Shown one piece after another: positions 17,757 to 25,858 of a DNA stretch of 27,988 nt. The first letter of the stretch is position 1. Each line of letters opens with the position of its first letter. Under the pieces are notes generated by a model that saw nothing but the letters and a program-made list of their open reading frames with translations, was not told the DNA's origin and did not search any database. The position numbers and the translations under genes are program-made. Origin of the DNA: an uncultured archaeon (lineage in GTDB: Archaea; Iainarchaeota; Iainarchaeia; Iainarchaeales; VGJJ01). Where the stretch lies: assembly GCA_964357115.1 (NCBI GenBank), contig CAYHJZ010000001.1, forward strand, positions 1 through 27,988, given 5' to 3'.

Positions 17757-18361
17757 TCCTTCTCTAGCATCCCGTAACGTTTATTCTTTTTCGTCATCTT
17801 GATGAAATACGCGAGGCGCTGCTTCATAATAGGTGGCTTTTCTCGCGCTCCCTCAATCCATGCCATGCGAATACGCTGATAGGCTTTGGGAAATTTTTGG
17901 TAGTGCTTCCATACTTCCGGGTCTTCCTTGAGGGCGGATTCTACGTCCTTGCTTAATTGGGGAGAGGCTTCTTTTTTTCGATGCGCGTGCAACACGCGAT
18001 CCTTATCCTCGCCTAACGCCTCTAATCCTTCCTTTTTCATGTGCCCCTCGCGAAACAACTTTTCTGCGTGCACGAGGTTTAACTCCGAAACTTTCGAACC
18101 TTTTTTTCGAGGTGAAAAACGCTGGCAATAGGATTCCTCGTCCCGGGGCTTGACGACGCTGTCAATCCACCCAAAACATAGGGCTTCGCGGACGGCATCC
18201 ATGTATTCCACGCGCGGCTTTCCCGAGCCCTTCTTGTAAAAGATGAGAAAAATCTCCTTCTTTTTGGAGTGGTTCTTCTCCAGCCACTCCCGCCACGACG
18301 CCCGATCCGGGGCATAAAAGGTCTCTCCGACGGTCACCATGTCCTTCCTAGGGAGGCGCAT
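17753..18361 (-). CDS. YdeI/OmpD-associated family protein
   Basis: RASWREWLEKNH...IFYKK...AVREALCFGWIDS...RFSPRKKGS and the C-terminal WI..A...RL helix pair. Confidence 0.9.
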   Translation of the reverse strand: MRLPRKDMVTVGETFYAPDRASWREWLEKNHSKKKEIFLIFYKKGSGKPRVEYMDAVREALCFGWIDSVVKPRDEESYCQRFSPRKKGSKVSELNLVHAEKLFREGHMKKEGLEALGEDKDRVLHAHRKKEASPQLSKDVESALKEDPEVWKHYQKFPKAYQRIRMAWIEGAREKPPIMKQRLAYFIKMTKKNKRYGMLEKE

Positions 18362-18403
18362 TTAAAATGCTTTTTTCACCATTTTGAATTAGAGACGCTA
18401 GTT

Positions 18404-18475
18404 GCCCGCTTAGTCTATCGGTTAGGATTCCACCCTGTCACGGTGGAGGGGCGGGTTCGACTCCCGCAGCGGGCG
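18404..18475 (+). tRNA. tRNA-Asp (GTC), no intron, CCA not encoded
   Basis: Acceptor GCCCGCT/AGCGGGC, anticodon arm CCACC-CTGTCAC-GGTGG, T arm GCGGG-TTCGACT-CCCGC, discriminator G. Confidence 0.96.
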
Positions 18476-18484
18476 TTTTCGCCT

Positions 18485-19036
18485 CTAATTTTCAATTAGT
18501 CTAGTGGGGGACATCGTCCGATTATAGAATGCAATAACTCTTGCAACTCTCTCTATTTTTCGTTGAAGATCAGTAGCAAGAGTGAAAAATCCTCTCTGTA
18601 AGGCCGCTCGCCGGACCAGGCGAAGAGATTCATACTCAATTTGTTTTATTTTGAGCTCAATTTCAAGCACTTCCCTGCGACGATAACCCGGGCGCCCGGG
18701 AATTTCGTATGGATACATATTAGCGTGCTGATAGTCTAACTCGACGAGCCTTGCCGCATTCGAAAAAGGAAAACCTAAACGGAGATAACGTAAAAATAGA
18801 ATTTTTCCACTTTTTTTTTGGAGTGCAAATTTGAGTTCTTCCGATTTACTTTTTTCTATTCGCACTAAAATCTCGCGCTCAATTTTGGAAACCTGGGTTT
18901 TTTCTTTTGCAACGATGGATGAAAGATACTGTGCCCGCTGTCGTCCAAAACGGTTTGCGAGGGGTGCTAATCTTTTCCGCGCACTGAAAAGCTCTTTTTT
19001 CAAAACGGTCCTTTGCGGTCCAGTAATTGCAGACAT
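18485..19036 (-). CDS. Hypothetical basic protein (ORFan) abutting the tRNA 3' end
   Basis: 183-aa ORF, visibly AT-richer than neighbours; TTTTTATAG TATA-like motif upstream on the minus strand (~19083-19091). Confidence 0.6.
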   Translation of the reverse strand: MSAITGPQRTVLKKELFSARKRLAPLANRFGRQRAQYLSSIVAKEKTQVSKIEREILVRIEKSKSEELKFALQKKSGKILFLRYLRLGFPFSNAARLVELDYQHANMYPYEIPGRPGYRRREVLEIELKIKQIEYESLRLVRRAALQRGFFTLATDLQRKIERVARVIAFYNRTMSPTRLIEN

Positions 19037-19256
19037 GTTTAGTCTTTAGATTGGTGATTGTTATAGTTAACTATTCGTGCCACTATAAAAAGAACCGAAT
19101 AACCCAGTAGATAGATTCTCGTCCTATTTTTCGGCAACATCTTTATTTCAAAGCGCCCCGCAGCCATTGTTAACAGCATTCAGTCTGTGGTAACTGGTTT
19201 ATCGCGTGATCTAATTCCAATCACCCTTTTTAACAGGAATTAGGCTCTTTGAGTAA

Positions 19257-19718
19257 ATGAATCGCCTATCCTTCGTTTTGAGGAAAAAAGAATACACTGC
19301 CTTTGCCCTCGTGAGCGGATTTGTCTTTCTACTCCTTTACATTTACACGCAAGTCTTGGGGATTGTGGAAAACATTCCCGTCTGGGTGGCAACGGTTCCT
19401 TCTTTGCATGCGCTTCTCTTGCTCGTTTTTGCAGCAGTGTTTGGTGTCACGATGGCGTACCAATTATTTTTGTGGCGCTCTCCCAAAATTTGTTCGATTG
19501 AAACGCAAGCGAAAGGCAGCACGGCGGGTGGAGCGGGAACACTCGGAATTTTTCTCATCGCTCAATGTCCCGCGTGCGCAAGTTTAGGCGCGCTGTTTCT
19601 CCCCTTAAGCGTATTATCTTTTTTGTCCGAATACGCAGTCGTGCTCAATCTCGTGAGCATGGGATTGTTGCTCTACACACTGCACTACTTGGGTGCGTTT
19701 GAAAAACAAAAACGATGA
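19257..19718 (+). CDS. Membrane protein with CxxC (CPAC) motif
   Basis: Four TM helices; KICS and QCPACASLG motifs. Confidence 0.8.
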   Translation: MNRLSFVLRKKEYTAFALVSGFVFLLLYIYTQVLGIVENIPVWVATVPSLHALLLLVFAAVFGVTMAYQLFLWRSPKICSIETQAKGSTAGGAGTLGIFLIAQCPACASLGALFLPLSVLSFLSEYAVVLNLVSMGLLLYTLHYLGAFEKQKR

Positions 19719-19818
19719 ATAAAAAACACACTTTTTTTCTTGCAGAGGGTTTGAATTATAAACCCCAAGCGATTGCCTTGGAGTCATAACCCCCAGGTTG
19801 AAAGGAGGAGAAATCAGC

Positions 19819-20091
19819 ATGGCGAGAAAGAAAGAAAGTTCAAAAGGAATGGAAATGGATTACGATTGGGAAATGGGCGGCGGAGGAATGGACTGGATGT
19901 CAGCCATTATTTCGATTGTCTTACAGGCCCTCGGACTCTGGTTTGTGATTGGGGGATTCGTCACCCAATTCAACGTGACGGGACGAACCTTCGATTGGAT
20001 GGTCGCGTTATGGTACGTGGTCGGAGTCGCCTTGATCTGGTACGGAAAGAAATGGTCGTGCCACTCGTGCGGCGGAAGCTGCATGATGTAA
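19819..20091 (+). CDS. Small 2-TM protein with Met-rich N-terminus and CHSCGGSCMM C-terminus
   Basis: GGAGGAG RBS before ATG 19819; TTATAAA box at ~19757; terminator-like structure downstream. Confidence 0.75.
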   Translation: MARKKESSKGMEMDYDWEMGGGGMDWMSAIISIVLQALGLWFVIGGFVTQFNVTGRTFDWMVALWYVVGVALIWYGKKWSCHSCGGSCMM

Positions 20092-20102
20092 ATTCTCTAG
20101 AG

Positions 20103-20142
20103 ACGAGGGGGAAGTATTCCCCTCGTTTCTCACTTTTTTTTT
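20103..20142 (+). terminator. Hairpin plus T-tract putative terminator
   Basis: ACGAGGGG-gaagtatt-CCCCTCGT followed by ttctcac and a T run, then a long T-rich stretch. Confidence 0.55.
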
Positions 20143-20272
20143 GATTATTGGTTTTCTGGTTTTTTTCTGTATTTTTTTTAAATTTCATTTTTGGTTCATC
20201 GATCTTTTATTCTCCAAAAAAAACAACTTCTGAGTGAAAAAACATTCTTCCTTCCACCGTCATCGTCCCTTC

Positions 20273-21259
20273 ATGGAAGGACTATTTTTGTTTGCCGTCA
20301 TATTCCTCGTGATTGCTGTGGGGTGGCATTGGGGGGTGGGTCTTTCCACGTATGCGGAGACCACGCTTCATTATTCTGATGCAAGCCCGGCCCATAACGC
20401 GGTGATTCAGGAAGATGAAACGATTGCATTCTCCATCCGCGCTACTGGGACTACAGGGACGGCAGAATTCATTCTGATGATTGCTCCTGAGGGAGGAGAC
20501 TTCACTCAGGCCGCGCGCACGCTTTCTTCTATTGGAGAATTGGTCGTAACTCCCAAGAAACTCTCTCCCGGAAATTATCAATGGTTTTTTTTCGTTAAAA
20601 ATGACACGATTGGGCAGCAACGATCCCGCGCGTACAAACTTACTGTAATGGGAAGTGAAGAGCCTCACATTGAGGAAAACAATCTCGCCGAAAACAATAC
20701 TTCTTCGGGAAATGAAACGAGTTCCTCTTGTGTAAATGGGGTTGGGGGATTTACTTCTGATTCTCTCGGGGAAAAAACATTCTTCTCGTGGAAACTATTG
20801 CCCGGAGAAGCCGTTCCTCTTTCGTTTAACAAGAGTGCGATTCATTCCATTAAAAAAATAACGATTACGGCCATCGATGAACTCTCTCCTGCCGCGCTGG
20901 TTATTTCTCAACGCATTGCCACGAACACGTTTCCCACTGTGCTCCATCCCTACCGCTCTCTTATACTCACTCCTATTCCTGCGTGGAAGAATCTTTCCTA
21001 CCTAGCGGAAATCCAGTTTATCATTCCTGTTTCATGGATAAACGAGCGTGAACTTCTACCCGAAAACGTGGGGGCGTTTGCTTACTACAATGACACGTGG
21101 AACTTGCACGCGACCTCGTACGCGGGAGAGTCGGGAGAAAACTATCACTATATTTCTCAAATTCAAAGTAACCCTGATGGAACGCTCCCTCCCGTGGTTC
21201 TCGCGGGATGCCCGTTTATTCACTACGGGGGAAAAGCATCGGAAGTTTTCCCGAAGTAA
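20273..21259 (+). CDS. Surface protein with PGF-pre-PGF-like domain
   Basis: N-terminal hydrophobic anchor, Ig-like segment (PGNYQWFFFV), then IQFIIPVSWINE...ENVGAFAYYNDTW...ESGENYHY. ATG 20273 preferred over GTG 20234. Confidence 0.65.
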   Translation: MEGLFLFAVIFLVIAVGWHWGVGLSTYAETTLHYSDASPAHNAVIQEDETIAFSIRATGTTGTAEFILMIAPEGGDFTQAARTLSSIGELVVTPKKLSPGNYQWFFFVKNDTIGQQRSRAYKLTVMGSEEPHIEENNLAENNTSSGNETSSSCVNGVGGFTSDSLGEKTFFSWKLLPGEAVPLSFNKSAIHSIKKITITAIDELSPAALVISQRIATNTFPTVLHPYRSLILTPIPAWKNLSYLAEIQFIIPVSWINERELLPENVGAFAYYNDTWNLHATSYAGESGENYHYISQIQSNPDGTLPPVVLAGCPFIHYGGKASEVFPK

Positions 21260-21276
21260 TCGAGAAAAAGAATCAA

Positions 21277-22311
21277 TCACAGGACGAATTGCCCGTCTTC
21301 AAAGATGAGCGTGTCGTTGAGCCAAATGCGCTTGGCGTGCGGATAAAGATCCACGTGATACCGTTGGTTGATTTCTTTCTGCTTCAAGAACTTTTTCTGG
21401 TACGCGCCGTGTTTCATTCCTAGAGAAAGATGAATCCCCGCGATGCGTTCGAACGCGGTGGCTTCGGTGAGACGCTTTTGGGGAGTAATCGCATTGTTTA
21501 ACCCTAAACCAAATTCTCTCACGGGAATGTTTCCACTCGTGTTTTCGAGTCGCATCATCGCAATTAGGGGTTGAAACTCGGCAGGAAAATCACCCTCTTG
21601 CACGAGACCATTCTTGAAATGAACTCGGAAGGGGGTCTCGGCGAAGCGCATCTTGTGATCTTCCCCCGGGTATGCGTACACTTCGACTTCCCCATTCACT
21701 TTGGAAATATCCACCGGCTCGGAGAAGATTTCCCCAATCGGATACCCGCCTCCATGATTAGGAGTCTTGGAATAATCCCCATCATTCACGACAGGCTTTT
21801 CCATGCGAGAGTCCCACTTCAAGACGCTCCCGCCGTGACACTCGAGTTTGATGTGCGTGGTCTCGGTGAGGAGCTGTCTCAATTTCTCGGCAAGGGGTTG
21901 CACGCGCGCGGAATCGTCCTTCAGACTCTGCGCATACGTCTCGAACTCGTTCTCCTTCATGTAGGATAAGCGCATGTGCTCCAGCACCTTGAGTTTTCGA
22001 TCGTAGAGCTCCAAGCGCCACCGATACACGGAGACGCGAAAGGCGGTGGATTGAACCAAAATCACGAGACTTTTAGGAGGGAGGACCGCGTCAATGGTCT
22101 CAATAATCTTCTCGGGGGGTTGCGCATCGTAGTCAATCCAGTGGGCGGAAGGGTGGTCCTTCAGAATAACACGATACGCCTGCGTCACAAGGAGGGAGAG
22201 CGGGGACTGGGTGTCGTAAATCACCATGATGGGTTGCTGATTCGAGTGGCCGAATTGATTCGTGATCACATCATGGAGATTCGTTTCTAGAATAGACAAA
22301 ACACGGGACAT
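21277..22311 (-). CDS. Thermophilic metalloprotease (M29)/leucyl aminopeptidase-like protein
   Basis: PIGEIFSEP, REFGLGLN, ERIAGIHLSLG and YHVD motifs. Start chosen at MSRVL (22311). Confidence 0.75.
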   Translation of the reverse strand: MSRVLSILETNLHDVITNQFGHSNQQPIMVIYDTQSPLSLLVTQAYRVILKDHPSAHWIDYDAQPPEKIIETIDAVLPPKSLVILVQSTAFRVSVYRWRLELYDRKLKVLEHMRLSYMKENEFETYAQSLKDDSARVQPLAEKLRQLLTETTHIKLECHGGSVLKWDSRMEKPVVNDGDYSKTPNHGGGYPIGEIFSEPVDISKVNGEVEVYAYPGEDHKMRFAETPFRVHFKNGLVQEGDFPAEFQPLIAMMRLENTSGNIPVREFGLGLNNAITPQKRLTEATAFERIAGIHLSLGMKHGAYQKKFLKQKEINQRYHVDLYPHAKRIWLNDTLIFEDGQFVL

Positions 22312-22393
22312 ACTCTCCACATGGATACATAATCCTATTAAACCTACAATTTTTCTCCCTAAATTCTTAATGCTTTCACCCACCCTTTCGAGG

Positions 22394-22630
22394 GTGAGTC
22401 TTTCCTTTACCTTGCATGCCCGGCGTCGAATGGCAGAATACTCTATTCAGGAGCAGGATGTTCAGGACGCACTAGAAGACCCCTTCGCTATTGCTTTATC
22501 CCACTCGGGAAGAAAAATATACCAACGAAAACTCGGCGAGTATGTCCTGCGTGTCATTGTTGAAGAAGAGGCGGGGATAAAAAGGATCATTACCGCGTAT
22601 AAAGCAAGGAGCTCACGTTATGAACTATGA
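22394..22630 (+). CDS. DUF4258-family putative toxin
   Basis: FTLHARRRM...DVQDAL...LRVIVEE...IITAY; stop overlaps the downstream DUF2283 gene. Start uncertain (GTG 22394 or an in-frame codon slightly upstream). Confidence 0.8.
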   Translation: MSLSFTLHARRRMAEYSIQEQDVQDALEDPFAIALSHSGRKIYQRKLGEYVLRVIVEEEAGIKRIITAYKARSSRYEL

Positions 22631-22829
22631 GTATGACCCTAAACTCGACATTCTTCTCATGAAGATCGGAAAAGAAAAACCCGATTATGGTGAGCAGAAA
22701 GGGAATGTGATTACGCACTACTCTAAAGCCGGAAAAGTAGTTGAAATCGAAATCCTGGACGCGAGCAAAGAAGCCACGCACATGATGAAAACTATTCTAC
22801 GTGCAAAAGCGCTGGCCGATTCGGACTAA
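22620..22829 (+). CDS. DUF2283-family putative antitoxin
   Basis: MNYEYDPKLDILLMKI...GKVVEIEILDASK is the classic DUF2283 pattern. Confidence 0.88.
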   Translation: MNYEYDPKLDILLMKIGKEKPDYGEQKGNVITHYSKAGKVVEIEILDASKEATHMMKTILRAKALADSD

Positions 22830-22993
22830 TTCGTTCCCACAATCGGGGTTTTCGCCCCTAAGGATTGGGATTGTCGGAACATGGGCTTGACGACTGTGAT
22901 GAGTAAGAGCGCCGCGATGATGAGCACGAGAATCATGTAAAGAGAGCTGAATTCTCCTTGCGCGCGGGTTTCAGTAAGGGGACTGGACATCAT
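22826..22993 (-). CDS. 55-aa class III signal peptide mini-pilin (not in the ORF track)
   Basis: My translation: MMSSPLTETRAQ|GEFSSLYMILVLIIAALLLITVVKPMFRQSQSLGAKTPIVGTN*. AGAGGA RBS upstream. Confidence 0.75.
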   Translation of the reverse strand: MMSSPLTETRAQGEFSSLYMILVLIIAALLLITVVKPMFRQSQSLGAKTPIVGTN

Positions 22994-23060
22994 ATCCTCT
23001 TGGTCAAAAACGACTTAATAATGGTTAGGGGAAAAAGAAGAAAAAAAGAGGGAATTGCTC

Positions 23061-23567
23061 CTACGCGTAACGTAGGGCAATCACACACGCGGTTTGGGAA
23101 TCGGGAACGTCACACTCGCCCACCCATGAGGAGTCGACGCCGTTGTCTTCCAAATCTTCCGCTAATTCAATTCCGGTGTCGCACAGCACGGAGATTCTCA
23201 CACGAAGATTAGAAGATCCGTTGTAGCGAATAATGTTATCACTAATTTTCGAGAAGTCGTTTCCGCCATCGTCGAAGTCACCTAAGGATAGGCATACTTG
23301 TCCGCGCGTAATCACTTGAGAAGCGGACGCAATGGCTTCGGCGTTCAAGGAGTCTTCTCGCGCAAACGTCACCGTGTTACTCGTGCGGAGCTCGCTGGGT
23401 GCGCTTACTTGGCTTCCGACCAAATCGGAGGCGACTTTGTTGGGTTTCTGCCCGCCCAAATTGGGGAGGCTGCCAATAATGTTAAGCAACAACACTAAGA
23501 TTGCCAACGCCACAACGGCCGCAATCAATAATTGAAACGTGGAAAATGCTTGTCCATTGAAATTCAT
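23061..23567 (-). CDS. Class III signal peptide pilin-like protein
   Basis: MNFNGQ|AFSTFQLLIAAVVALAILVLLL; four Cys in the globular part. Confidence 0.85.
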   Translation of the reverse strand: MNFNGQAFSTFQLLIAAVVALAILVLLLNIIGSLPNLGGQKPNKVASDLVGSQVSAPSELRTSNTVTFAREDSLNAEAIASASQVITRGQVCLSLGDFDDGGNDFSKISDNIIRYNGSSNLRVRISVLCDTGIELAEDLEDNGVDSSWVGECDVPDSQTACVIALRYA

Positions 23568-23618
23568 ATTTCACACCACCTGCTTAACCCATTCTTCTCG
23601 TCTATAAAAAGGTTGAGT

Positions 23619-24623
23619 CTACATGCGCCTCCGTTGCGCCTTGCGATGGATACGATGGCTACGAATGACCTTTTGCCGGGTGGCCTCTGCGGCGAATTCT
23701 AAAGGAATCGGCACGCCTGCCGTTCGCTCCCGGGCGGCTAATTGTGCCACTCGTCGCTCCGGGAGAGGAGGTTGTGCCACGATGGAGAATCCTTGGTACT
23801 TTTTGAGTAAGTCTCTCTCTACCATTAATTCCAAGAGCGTGGCAATGCCTTTTCTCAAATGATCGGGACTAAAAACGGGTTTCACTCGCGTGGTAATAAG
23901 CATTTTCTCTCCCGGTTTCACTGTTAATTCAATCTGCCCGAATAAATCCTCCGAACTGAGTCTCTCATTCATTATTGCTTTTTTTATTTCGGGAGAGGTG
24001 ACAAATGGAATTCCTTTTTCGTGATTGCCGACTACAAACCGGTACTTGATTGTGTTTTCCACACGATCTCGACTCAGAACCAATCTCAACCCGACACTAT
24101 TTTCTCTCCGCTTCAACCGACGAATCTCATTTTGATTCTTTTTTGCATTCTCAATCACATACGCCCGTGTGTTCTTGACCGCTTCCTCAATTGGAATGTT
24201 TTTTCCCAGTGTGCGTTCGCGTTTCAACAATTGTTCTCTTTTCGCGTCCATTACATCGGGGTCGAACTGGATGGTGTATCCCTTGAACTCCTTCTCAAAG
24301 ACTTTCTCGACTTGAAGTTCCACGAGATTGGCTAAACCCATTCCTGCGAATCGTTTTTCTTGAATCGGATAATATCTCTCGGTGATAATTTCCTTTCTCC
24401 GGTGGTCCACCATAAATACCATTCGACCAACGCGAGAGTCTTCCATGGAGAGATTAATCTTGCTTCGGATCGCAGGAGTGGTCACGTGTAATTCTCCGGG
24501 GTGACGCGTACCTACTATCAAGTCAACCGTGATAATGCTCATGGTTTCATACGGGTCATCTCGTCCCATGATAAGTCGGATACCATTAGGTCGTTCCTTG
24601 GTATCGCGCAAACGTAGGCTCAT
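23619..24623 (-). CDS. Two-domain divergent GNAT-like protein (tandem family member)
   Basis: Two internal copies of GxR...VG...VT(T/S)P.I...(FAGMGLA / LRKGIA)..E...R..QL..RER..G..IP. Confidence 0.7.
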   Translation of the reverse strand: MSLRLRDTKERPNGIRLIMGRDDPYETMSIITVDLIVGTRHPGELHVTTPAIRSKINLSMEDSRVGRMVFMVDHRRKEIITERYYPIQEKRFAGMGLANLVELQVEKVFEKEFKGYTIQFDPDVMDAKREQLLKRERTLGKNIPIEEAVKNTRAYVIENAKKNQNEIRRLKRRENSVGLRLVLSRDRVENTIKYRFVVGNHEKGIPFVTSPEIKKAIMNERLSSEDLFGQIELTVKPGEKMLITTRVKPVFSPDHLRKGIATLLELMVERDLLKKYQGFSIVAQPPLPERRVAQLAARERTAGVPIPLEFAAEATRQKVIRSHRIHRKAQRRRM

Positions 24624-24663
24624 TCCCTATTCTCCCGTTTCGACTATTTAATGGAATGGAGAA

Positions 24664-25233
24664 TCAGCGCCAGCGACGGCGCATGTGCCTAAATTCTTGG
24701 ATTATGCGCGAAAAAATTCTCCAAGAATTACTTTTTGAATGACGGAGATGATTCCGAATCACTTGCTTTCGAGTGAGTTCTTTGGCAAGCGCGAGCGGAA
24801 TTGACTTGTGGGGGTTTCTTCCCCTGCGACGTAACTGTCGTCCACGCTGGAAAGTAAATTTTCCTGAAGTTTGAATGGAATACTCTGGAAAACGTCTAAA
24901 CAAATCCTTTTCGATGAGCAGTTCAATCAGATTTCCTATTCCTTTCCGACGAAGGTGAATACTTTCTGTTTCGAGAGGAAAACCAAAAGGATAGAATCGA
25001 AGCACCTTAATCACTTTTTCCGAATGAAAAACCTCCACTCCCGCTTCGCCTATCTGTCTTCCAATCATTCCCTGGTCTATCTCTTCACGAATTGTGGGGG
25101 TCGTGACGAAAGGCTCGTTTTTTTGTCGAAAACCAACAATGAAGTAATAGTACACGCTGCTTCTTTCTTTGAAATCAAACAGCTTTTCGCTGATTCGAAT
25201 TCCAAGCAAGGGCGGCTTAGTAGGAGATGGCAT
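24664..25233 (-). CDS. Divergent GNAT-like protein (tandem family member)
   Basis: FVTTP, RFYP, RRKGIGNLIE (GNAT motif A R/QxxGxG), IPL..A; Arg-rich tail. Confidence 0.7.
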   Translation of the reverse strand: MPSPTKPPLLGIRISEKLFDFKERSSVYYYFIVGFRQKNEPFVTTPTIREEIDQGMIGRQIGEAGVEVFHSEKVIKVLRFYPFGFPLETESIHLRRKGIGNLIELLIEKDLFRRFPEYSIQTSGKFTFQRGRQLRRRGRNPHKSIPLALAKELTRKQVIRNHLRHSKSNSWRIFSRIIQEFRHMRRRWR

Positions 25234-25278
25234 TCATCAATCACTGTTTTTTTCTTTTTTAATCCGAGACTTTGCGCG

Positions 25279-25845
25279 TTATTTTATCCTTCTCGCGGGT
25301 CGAGGCCTTCTATTTTTTTGAAAATTGCGAATAATGTGTTGCTTAGATAGTCTCAATGCCTCTCGGAGTGGGATCGGTTCTCCCAATTTTCTCCCCCGTG
25401 ATTCTATTTGTTTTGTGCGTGAAGGGGATACCGTTCCGCTTGTAGTGATGTGAAAATCCGGGAAATGTCTAAAAAGAAACTTTTCTACTCTACGTTCAAT
25501 AATAGTTCCAGTGCCCTGATTTTCTAATGCCCATTGAAAAGCGGTTTCTTCAGCACTAAAAGGAAAGAAGGCGTATGTGCTAACTTCCCTGCGTGAAAAA
25601 TCTACATACACTTTAACAGATCCTGTTTTGATTGGTCGACTTCGAATGTCGAGTAGTTGTTCTAATCTTTTTCTCAGGACTGGGGTGGTCACAAATAATG
25701 CACCAGGAATTTTGTAACCCGCGAAGCAATCAAACTTAAGTGATCTTGATCGTGGGACTGTAATGAGTTCCACTGCCCCATTTTGAATTACATTATCTAA
25801 AACCAAATTAATTCCCAACAGGGGTTTTCGCGCGGGAGTGGACAT
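25279..25845 (-). CDS. Divergent GNAT-like protein (tandem family member)
   Basis: Start MSTPARKPLLG after a GGAGGAG RBS; FVTTP, FFP, ENQGTGTIIE, PIPLREA; Arg-rich tail. Confidence 0.7.
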   Translation of the reverse strand: MSTPARKPLLGINLVLDNVIQNGAVELITVPRSRSLKFDCFAGYKIPGALFVTTPVLRKRLEQLLDIRSRPIKTGSVKVYVDFSRREVSTYAFFPFSAEETAFQWALENQGTGTIIERRVEKFLFRHFPDFHITTSGTVSPSRTKQIESRGRKLGEPIPLREALRLSKQHIIRNFQKNRRPRPARRIK

Positions 25846-25858
25846 AGGCACTCCTCCC

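Noticed and set aside
19180-19226. Possible C/D-box sRNA on the minus strand (GUGAUU...CUGA)
   Set aside because: The C box deviates from RUGAUGA and no convincing internal D'/C' boxes are present.
18404-22829. Integrated mobile element or provirus downstream of tRNA-Asp
   Set aside because: No integrase, transposase, capsid or replication genes, and no long att duplication.
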